Below are positions 18,109 to 24,624 of a DNA stretch of 24,624 nucleotides, piece by piece; position 1 is the first letter of the stretch; every line of letters begins with the position of its first letter. The stretch comes from Synechococcus sp. (GTDB taxonomy: Bacteria; Cyanobacteriota; Cyanobacteriia; Thermostichales; PCC-7336): assembly GCA_051439605.1 (NCBI GenBank), contig JBFRWN010000120.1, positions 1-24,624 on the forward strand, in the 5' to 3' direction. Below the pieces are notes generated by a model that searched no databases, was not told the origin of the DNA, and saw only the letters and a program-made list of their open reading frames with translations. Made by a program: the position numbers and the translations under genes.

Positions 18109-18504
18109 AACGGTTTCCTCATGGAAGAAGGGCTGCGCAGCGAAAGCGATCGTGGCAGCCATCTATGTTGATTGGTAAGGATTGACTGTGTCCCAATTAC
18201 CGAACTTGCCTGGGGCAAGAACAGGTTGACTATCAGATTATCCGAAGATTAAAGCACAGGCGCAAAAGCTTTGTCCTAGCTACCGATTCATTTCTGCAAG
18301 GGACGATTTTGGGGCTATTCATCATTGGAGAGGAGGGGAAAAAGAGAAATTCTGAAATGCAGCCTGCTGAATCTAAGGGTCTCTTAATCAAAGAGTGGGG
18401 GCATTCCTTATATTGGTCCACGATTATCAAGCAAGCCACCTTATAGCGATGACCCCCTGAAGGTCGAACTCGCCCATCCCTGTGACGTATTGAGGTCCAA
18501 TCCT

Positions 18505-19284
18505 ATGAGTTTTCCTCGACTACCTTCAGCGCAAGCGATGCGCCGCACCCAACTTTGCCTGTTATTCGCTGGAGCTGCTTTCACTCTGGTTGCCGCGCCA
18601 GTATTGGCTCAGGATGCTGCTGGTGGCGGATTTAATCCGCAACAAATGCTGGTTGATGCCCTGCAAAAAATTGATAGCTGGGGGCCTTGGGGGCCTTTGG
18701 CCTTTATCGGGCTGTACATTGTGGCCACGGTGGCTTTTCTGCCCGGATCGATTTTGACGTTGGGGGCGGGGGTTGTCTTTGACGTCGTTCCAGGGGTTAT
18801 CTACGTCTTTGTTGGGGCCATGATTGGGGCGACAGCAGCCTTTATCGTGGGCCGCTACCTTGCCCGTGGATGGGTGGCCAAAAAAGTGGATGGCAACAAA
18901 AGTTTCAAAGCCATTGACGAAGCCATCGGAAAAGAGGGGGGGAAATTGATGTTTCTGATTCGACTATCACCCGCCTTTCCCTTCAACCTACTGAATTACA
19001 TCATGGGACTGACCCGGATTTCCCTGAGGGACTACGTACTGGGCACCACTGGAATTTTGCCTGGAACCATCATGTATGTTTACCTTGGCTCCTTGGCGGG
19101 AAGCCTCGCCACCTTAGGAACGGGGGAGGCTCCGAGCAATCCAACCATCACCTGGACGATTCGCATTGTGGGGTTGATCGCGACGATCGCTGTCACTGTC
19201 TATGTCACTAAGCTGGCTCGCAAGGCACTGAGTTCAAAGTTGGACGGCGACAGCAGCGAAATGGCTGAAGGAATGGGGTCCTAA
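18505..19284 (+). CDS. TVP38/TMEM64 (DedA/SNARE-associated) membrane protein
   Basis: FLPGSILTLGAG..FIVGRYLAR..LIRLSPAFPFNLLNY..GILPGT. ATG at 18505 with GAGG upstream. Confidence 0.92.
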   Translation: MSFPRLPSAQAMRRTQLCLLFAGAAFTLVAAPVLAQDAAGGGFNPQQMLVDALQKIDSWGPWGPLAFIGLYIVATVAFLPGSILTLGAGVVFDVVPGVIYVFVGAMIGATAAFIVGRYLARGWVAKKVDGNKSFKAIDEAIGKEGGKLMFLIRLSPAFPFNLLNYIMGLTRISLRDYVLGTTGILPGTIMYVYLGSLAGSLATLGTGEAPSNPTITWTIRIVGLIATIAVTVYVTKLARKALSSKLDGDSSEMAEGMGS

Positions 19285-19329
19285 ACCTTGGTATTCAATC
19301 AACTCGGGCCTAATGCGTAAGACGAAAGT

Positions 19330-20106
19330 ATGGCATTACATCTGCACAATCGAGGAGAAACAAAAGATACTGAGCGGTCAAGATCCAATCGGTTAACCCC
19401 CACGCCTGCCAAGGCCGATAAAACTGGGCTGCAGGAGGTCTTTCGGTTTTTGCTGCAGCAATGCATGCGCCCCCGCTTGTGGATCGCGATCGCCGTACTC
19501 ACTCTCCTAGCTCTACTGTTTTTCACCCCGTTGGGGGAGCGACTGCAGCACGAGCAATTGGTGATGGACTTAGAAATGTTGGGGACTTGGGCTCCCGCCC
19601 TCTTTATTGCGATGAATATTGTGGCGGCCAGCTTGGGGGTACCCGGCACAGTCCTCACCGTAGCCGGAGGAGCCGTATTCGGGCTGGCCTGGGGGACAGT
19701 ATGGTCCACCATTGGCTCGACGTTGGGGGCAATCGGTGCGTTTGTTTTAGCCCGCTATCTACTCCACGATTGGGCGGTGCAACGATACGGCCACCATCCG
19801 CTACTGCAGCGATTGAATCGTTCCATCAAGCAACATTCCCTCAAGCTCATGCTTGCGGTACGCCTTTTTCCCATTTCTCCGTTTAACCTAGTCAATTTTC
19901 TATTGGGTCTCACGAAAGTTTCCCTATCGGATTACAGCTTGGGCACTGCCGTAGGAATTATTCCGGGTACGGTTCTTTATACCTGGATTGGGGTCTCAGG
20001 GCGCGAGTTGGTAGAGGGGGGGGATTCTTTTCCGTTTGGAATGGCGATCGCCGCTCTCACCCTGCTGTCAGTACTGCCCATTTTGGCTAAACGCTGGTAC
20101 AAATAA
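19330..20106 (+). CDS. TVP38/TMEM64 (DedA) membrane protein, second paralogue
   Basis: VPGTVLTVAGG..FVLARYLL..VRLFPISPFNLVNF..GIIPGT. Confidence 0.9.
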   Translation: MALHLHNRGETKDTERSRSNRLTPTPAKADKTGLQEVFRFLLQQCMRPRLWIAIAVLTLLALLFFTPLGERLQHEQLVMDLEMLGTWAPALFIAMNIVAASLGVPGTVLTVAGGAVFGLAWGTVWSTIGSTLGAIGAFVLARYLLHDWAVQRYGHHPLLQRLNRSIKQHSLKLMLAVRLFPISPFNLVNFLLGLTKVSLSDYSLGTAVGIIPGTVLYTWIGVSGRELVEGGDSFPFGMAIAALTLLSVLPILAKRWYK

Positions 20107-20217
20107 ACGCCTTATCAAACAACGTTGATGTATGTTGATGTGTCCAGTAGAGTGCGACATAACTGCTTTTGATTCATTTGAGCAAGACTCATGAATTAGG
20201 AACTCGCTCAACACAGG

Positions 20218-20382
20218 CTAGTTAAACTTTGCCTTTGCCTGTTCGTAAATTTTGGCCGTTATCTCTGAAGCTCCTGCCTCTTGCGCGAACTTTTCAATTT
20301 TCTTGCGGGCAGCGGGACGCACAAAGAAAGGGATTTCCTTGAGCTTCGCTTCTGCTTCCGCTGTCCACTGGGGCTTGCTCAT
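20218..20382 (-). CDS. Stand-alone PCP_red (ChlB/BchB C-terminal-like) domain microprotein, 54 aa
   Basis: Hand translation: MSKPQWTAEAEAKLKEIPFFVRPAARKKIEKFAQEAGASEITAKIYEQAKAKFN*. W..EA...L..IPFFVR...RK..E..A...G...IT is the PCP_red signature. Absent from the ORF track. Confidence 0.9.
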   Translation of the reverse strand: MSKPQWTAEAEAKLKEIPFFVRPAARKKIEKFAQEAGASEITAKIYEQAKAKFN

Positions 20383-20600
20383 GCGATTGAGGGGGAATGA
20401 CTTGAAGCATTCTATGACAACTGTGCGAGCTTACAATGCTCATTCAACTGAGAAACAGCACGATCGCCCTCCACTCAGAGCTGCATAACTATTGCAAATG
20501 ATGGTCTCGGTTAGCGCGATCGCAGGCCACAAGAGATCGCGATCGCAGCTCTATGCCGACGAAAAAGCGAGTCTGAATACATCCCCTTTGGAGATTCAGC

Positions 20601-20918
20601 ATGAACGTTAAATATCTGGCCCTGATGGGCTTCTGCGGGTTGGCCCTTGCCCCCCTGTGTTTTAGTTCTCCCGCCTCAGCTTGTACCCCTGCTCCAGACA
20701 ATCCCAACGGTTGTGATGGCATCAATGGTGGCATCATTCGACGGATTCCCCGCGAGCCTCAAGTCAAAATCCCTTATCCAGGTCCCACCTGCCTGTCCTG
20801 CCCCTCCTTATACGATCGCCTCGATCCAGAGGTGCAGGTAAACCCGCAGGTCATAGAACGATTGCAGCCCCAAGTGATTCAGCAACCCCAGCTGCTGAAT
20901 ATGCGGACAGGGTATTAG
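20601..20918 (+). CDS. Small secreted Cys/Pro/Gln-rich hypothetical protein
   Basis: GGAG SD 7 nt upstream. Sec-type signal ending PASA. Mature part has CTPAPDNPNGC, CLSC and repeated PQV. Confidence 0.75.
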   Translation: MNVKYLALMGFCGLALAPLCFSSPASACTPAPDNPNGCDGINGGIIRRIPREPQVKIPYPGPTCLSCPSLYDRLDPEVQVNPQVIERLQPQVIQQPQLLNMRTGY

Positions 20919-21096
20919 CTTCGAAACTTTCAACTAGAGATTCCTAATTCCTGTTAACGGGGTCCGCCTGCGGTCCCCACCGATGAATCCAGTGGATATG
21001 ACATCTGGAGAGGAGTGAGTGTCGAGCTGTTCGAACCGAGCTGTGTTAATTGCCGATACGCAATGATGTGTCGGCGGTACAGCTCCAATCTTGTAT

Positions 21097-22862
21097 CCCA
21101 CATTCCGCAGGTTGAGTTTGGGTGTGAGGTAATTTTGAAAGATGAATGCTGCTCAGACTGAAATTGAAGTCAAAAACCTAGACCACCTAGGCATCATTGC
21201 CGGGACGATTGACGAGCTCGGCCTTGTGGAGGAGGTAAACCAGCATTTGGGCACACATCCGCAAGAAAAGGTCAGTGCGGGTCAGGTGCTCAAAGCAATG
21301 ATTATCAATGGATTAGGGTTTGTAGCCGCGCCGCTGTATTTATTCGAACAATTCTTCGTGGGTAAGGCCACCGAGCATCTGATTGGTGCGGGTGTGAAGC
21401 CAGAACACCTGAATGACGATCGCTTAGGTCGGGTGTTGGACAAGTGCTACCAGTTTGGGGTGACCCAGTTGTTTAGCCAAGTAGCGATGAAAGCAGCAAA
21501 GCAGTTTGGGGTGTCACTTAGCAGTAGCCATCTAGATTCGAGCTCATTCCACGTGGATGGCGAATATGCTCAGCCAGAGGTAGAAGCTGGTGCTCAAGGA
21601 GGCTCCCAACCCTGGGCAGACAGTGAGATAAATCATCAGAGTGAGCCAACAGCGATCTCGATTACCTATGGATATTCCAGAGACCACCGACCGGATCTGA
21701 AACAGTTCATCGTGGATACCATTTGCAGCGGGGATGGGGATGTCCCCCTTTACTTACGGGTAGCTGATGGCAATGAAGCGGACAAAGCCGTCTTTGCGCA
21801 AGTGATGAAAGAATTCCGTCAGCAGTGGGACTGTGAGAGCCTACAGGTAGTGGATGCGGCCTTCTATACGGCTGAAAATCTGGAGAGTGCCAAGCAGTTG
21901 CGCTGGCTCAGTCGGGTCCCACTGACCCTGAAGCAAGCTCAAAAGGTGCGAGCTGGCGTGCAGGAGGAGGAATGGCGGCCCAGCCAACAGGTTGGATACC
22001 GATGGGTAGAACGCCAAATTGAGTACGCAGGAATTGCACAACGCTGGTTTGTGATTGAGAGCGAGAGACGCAAACTAGCAGATATCAACAAGATTGAGCG
22101 CCAAATTGAACGACAGCAACAGCAACAAGCCCTGAAGCTGCGCCAATTGTGTCGGCAAGACTTTGCTTGTGAAACAGATGCTCGAGAAGCGGCGGCTCGG
22201 TTTGAGCGAACCTTACGCTATCACCGCCTCCAGAAGCTCAGCTTGGTGAGTCGCCCTCACTACAGCAAGGGTAGTCGTCCTCGTAAAGATGAGCAGCCCA
22301 GCCATTTCACTTATCGCATTCAAGCCCAGTTTCAGCCGCATTCCGAAGCCATTGCTGCGGCCCTTGCTGAGGCAGGTCGATTCATTTTAGCCACCAATGT
22401 GTTGCAAGCGCAGGAGCTCAGTGCAGATGAAGCCCTCCAAGAATACAAAGACCAACAATCGAGCGAACGGGGCTTTCGCTTTCTCAAGGACCCCCTGTTT
22501 TTCACTTCCAGTGTGTTTGTGAAGTCTCCCAAGCGGGTGATGGCATTGGTAATGGTGATGGGATTGTCTCTGTTGATCTACAGCTTGGCTCAGCGACAAT
22601 TACGCCAAGCCCTGCAAGCAGCGGATGACGGCATCCCCAATCAAAAGGGCAAGCTGACTGACCGGCCCACTCTACGCTGGGTCTTTCAATGCTTTCAAGC
22701 GGTTCATCTGGTCCGGATCAACGGTACCCGGCAGATTAGCAACCTTAATGACCTTCGCTTAAAAATCCTTCGGTTCCTTGGTGCTGCCTGTGGCCGATAC
22801 TATCTACTTTGCTGAGCTTTTCGAAAACTCCTGCTCCTCTCCTACTACCTGCGGAATGTGGG
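21097..22862 (+). mobile_element. IS1634-family insertion sequence, 1766 bp, apparently intact
   Basis: Perfect 16-bp TIRs CCCACATTCCGCAGGT (21097-21112) and ACCTGCGGAATGTGGG (22847-22862). 6-bp TSD TTGTAT at 21091-21096 and 22863-22868. Confidence 0.95.
21142..22815 (+). CDS. IS1634-family DDE transposase
   Basis: NLDHLGIIAG, LNDDRLGRVLD, HLDSSSF, GYSRDHRPDLKQ, VDAAFY, FILATN and YKDQ..ERGFRFLKDP. Confidence 0.95.
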   Translation: MNAAQTEIEVKNLDHLGIIAGTIDELGLVEEVNQHLGTHPQEKVSAGQVLKAMIINGLGFVAAPLYLFEQFFVGKATEHLIGAGVKPEHLNDDRLGRVLDKCYQFGVTQLFSQVAMKAAKQFGVSLSSSHLDSSSFHVDGEYAQPEVEAGAQGGSQPWADSEINHQSEPTAISITYGYSRDHRPDLKQFIVDTICSGDGDVPLYLRVADGNEADKAVFAQVMKEFRQQWDCESLQVVDAAFYTAENLESAKQLRWLSRVPLTLKQAQKVRAGVQEEEWRPSQQVGYRWVERQIEYAGIAQRWFVIESERRKLADINKIERQIERQQQQQALKLRQLCRQDFACETDAREAAARFERTLRYHRLQKLSLVSRPHYSKGSRPRKDEQPSHFTYRIQAQFQPHSEAIAAALAEAGRFILATNVLQAQELSADEALQEYKDQQSSERGFRFLKDPLFFTSSVFVKSPKRVMALVMVMGLSLLIYSLAQRQLRQALQAADDGIPNQKGKLTDRPTLRWVFQCFQAVHLVRINGTRQISNLNDLRLKILRFLGAACGRYYLLC

Positions 22863-22896
22863 TTGTATATAGAGCTAGTAAAAGTTGCGGGGCGCT

Positions 22897-23009
22897 AAAA
22901 TTCCTATCCCCGCCGCAAGCGGACGGGGCATTACGGAATTTTCCCTTCGGGACGCACTCCCGCTTGTTGTAATCGTGGCAAGCCACGGGGAATCTGACCC
23001 AGTAGAGAT
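22897..23009. repeat. Palindromic REP/PATE-like element
   Basis: AAAATTCC..GGAATTTT encloses CCCCGCCG-CAAG-CGGACGGGG. Then a CC-TTCG-GG tetraloop hairpin and CGTGG-CAAG-CCACG followed by GGGAATCTGACCC. Boundaries are approximate. Confidence 0.55.
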
Positions 23010-23118
23010 TGACTTTGATGCCTATCCAGGTGTCAAAGACTGTATGGGGCGTCTGAGCGATCGACCAGCCTTTGAGCAAAGTACTCGTGCTTTGCGAGCG
23101 ATCGGTCAATCGAGTTAA
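23010..23118 (+). pseudogene. C-terminal remnant of a glutathione S-transferase
   Basis: DFDAYPGVKDCMGRLSDRPAFEQS resembles the GST C-terminal D...YP.V..Y..RL..RPAF motif. The upstream part of the ORF is palindromic element, not GST. Confidence 0.55.
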
Positions 23119-23149
23119 TGCCAACAATCTTGTTAATGCCAACAATCTT
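23114..23149. repeat. Perfect 18-bp tandem duplication GTTAATGCCAACAATCTT x2
   Basis: Read directly: units at 23114-23131 and 23132-23149. Confidence 0.95.
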
Positions 23150-24455
23150 GTAAGCAGTGACGACGCTCAAGCAGGATAGGAACTTCCCCAATCAACACAA
23201 TTTGATTTGATTGGATTCTAAAACGATCGCCTGTGAGGCGCTGCCCCGAAGTAATCTGCAGCCAATCTGGCACTATCACTCGAACGGGTTGGTTAGGATT
23301 CCAAAGAATCCATCCTTTATCACCATTGTCTCTCGAGATCGGACAGGTATGGGTTCCATCGTTAGCAATTTGGCATAGTCCTAGATAGGCTCCAACCAGC
23401 CATTCTTGAATCGCTTGATAGGCGTCTCCCCCCACAGTGATGCTGGTATCTTCTTGAGTGAGGCGAAGCCCCACATAATTAAAATTCCTCCAGGCATACC
23501 ACTGAAAGCGTTCCACCCCCGCCGCCCACTGTAAGATATGGGCTCGCCCCACATATCCAATAGCCCGCTTTCCATCAACTGGATGGGTGTTCACCCGTCC
23601 AAACCCTGTTTCCGTATTCCACAAAGGCCGATCGGATAGACCGTGGGCTGACATAACCCTTCGAATGGATTGCACCTGCGGGACTGTCCATTCTGGAGGA
23701 GCATCGCCAGGTAAATAAAAATGGGCTGCAACAATATCCGTGTATCGATCGCCCCCTAACTCAAAATATTTCGCCAGCCATTGCGCACCACTGGCTTCCA
23801 AAGAGTTATAGTCTCCGGCAATGACACTGGGGGAGATAATCTGCGCCTTGGGGTCGATGTCCTTAATAACGGTGTAGGCTTCGGCAGCTAATTGCACCAT
23901 CGTTTGAGGACTGCCAGTATAAAACCAGCGAAAATTTGCTTCGTTCCAGAGTTCGTAGTAGTCAATCTGGCCCCGATAGCGAGTTGCAACGGTCTTAACG
24001 TAGGTTATCCAGTCTTCTAATTGGGCTGGTTCTGCTGGCAGACCTCCTGGGCCGTATGGAGAGGGATCGTTGGGGCGAGCTGAGGCCCAGCCAGGAGTTT
24101 GTCCCAACACCAGTACAGTCTCAACTTGCTGTTTTTTTGCAAGGGCCACTAATGCATCTAGGTTCTGGAAATCCCATCGATCGCGTTCTGGTTGTAATTC
24201 ATCCCATCGGGTTCCTGCGTCATGCAGTCGCCAAGTTTTGAACGGAACGGTAGGCCATTCCACAGCAGAAATTTTGCTATACAAATGAAGCCCAAAAAAT
24301 TCCTGAGTAACTTGACGAGCGGATTGGTCAAAACTTGCATCTGTCCAAACGACGCGGGTAAGAGGCGGGTCCTGTTCCTGTGAGTGTGCTTGCACAACAA
24401 AAGGACTACTCCCCAAAAGGAACAGGATAAAGGAGTAAATGGTCAAACACTTCAT
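23133..24455 (-). CDS. Secreted GH-A clan glycoside hydrolase (GH39/GH5-like)
   Basis: Signal peptide MKCLTIYSFILFLLGSSPFVVQA, WRLHD, LGQTPGWAS, acid/base YELWNEAN, AHFY and nucleophile LWNTETG. Confidence 0.88.
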   Translation of the reverse strand: MKCLTIYSFILFLLGSSPFVVQAHSQEQDPPLTRVVWTDASFDQSARQVTQEFFGLHLYSKISAVEWPTVPFKTWRLHDAGTRWDELQPERDRWDFQNLDALVALAKKQQVETVLVLGQTPGWASARPNDPSPYGPGGLPAEPAQLEDWITYVKTVATRYRGQIDYYELWNEANFRWFYTGSPQTMVQLAAEAYTVIKDIDPKAQIISPSVIAGDYNSLEASGAQWLAKYFELGGDRYTDIVAAHFYLPGDAPPEWTVPQVQSIRRVMSAHGLSDRPLWNTETGFGRVNTHPVDGKRAIGYVGRAHILQWAAGVERFQWYAWRNFNYVGLRLTQEDTSITVGGDAYQAIQEWLVGAYLGLCQIANDGTHTCPISRDNGDKGWILWNPNQPVRVIVPDWLQITSGQRLTGDRFRIQSNQIVLIGEVPILLERRHCLQDCWH

Positions 24456-24624
24456 GCGATCGACAATCAATCTATTCCAACTATCAATCTATTTAAACAG
24501 CCTATATTTTTGAAGGCATGTCTATTTGAATAAACTATCCCAATCGTAGATACTTCTTAAGTAAGACTTGGCCCACAAGCTTTGTCCAACAAATGTTTCG
24601 GTATCTGGCTTCCTCTAATTTCAG

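Noticed and set aside
18163..18490. Riboswitch or 68-aa ORF in the aspC/DedA divergent gap
   Set aside because: Partial GCAAA and GGAGAG words do not assemble into c-di-GMP or glycine aptamer folds. The ORF has no recognisable features.
20252..20737. ORFs 20252-20488 (+) and 20489-20737 (-)
   Set aside because: They overlap the better-supported PCP_red gene and secreted-peptide gene on the opposite strands.
22778..23145. ORFs 22778-22972, 22804-23145 and the full 22885-23118
   Set aside because: They span the IS end and the palindromic element. Only the last ~36 codons of 22885-23118 look protein-derived (GST).

Overview
Cyanobacterial chromosomal DNA, judged from the many HIP1 GCGATCGC octamers and cyanobacteria-specific hik34/hik2/rre1 homologues; the GAF-less Hik2 suggests an early-branching lineage (inference). 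The window has three parts. (1) 1-8.9 kb is HIP1-poor and accessory-looking: the 3' part of a V/A-type ATPase subunit A gene, a K+-channel-family gene, gltS, an xdhA-like 2Fe-2S fragment, a 53-aa Rho_N microprotein below the ORF-track cutoff, a 131-bp MITE with a 10-bp target duplication, a CBM-repeat/SGNH/RTX secreted esterase and a sulfotransferase. (2) 8.9-20.6 kb is HIP1-rich and core-looking: rlhA-like U32 protein, cobQ, a membrane protein, a hik34-hik2(no GAF)-rre1 cluster, aspartate aminotransferase, two DedA/TVP38 paralogues and a 54-aa PCP_red microprotein. (3) 20.6-24.6 kb holds a Cys-rich secreted orphan, an intact IS1634 element (16-bp TIRs, TTGTAT TSD), a palindromic REP/PATE-like element abutting a GST remnant, and a secreted GH-A clan glycoside hydrolase. 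The most notable item is the three-gene Hik34/Hik2/Rre1 module. Its two kinases have complementary defects and lie in frame across a single TGA, and a start-stop mini-ORF plus hairpin covers the hik34 start codon. All family calls come from motif recognition by eye; no database search was run.
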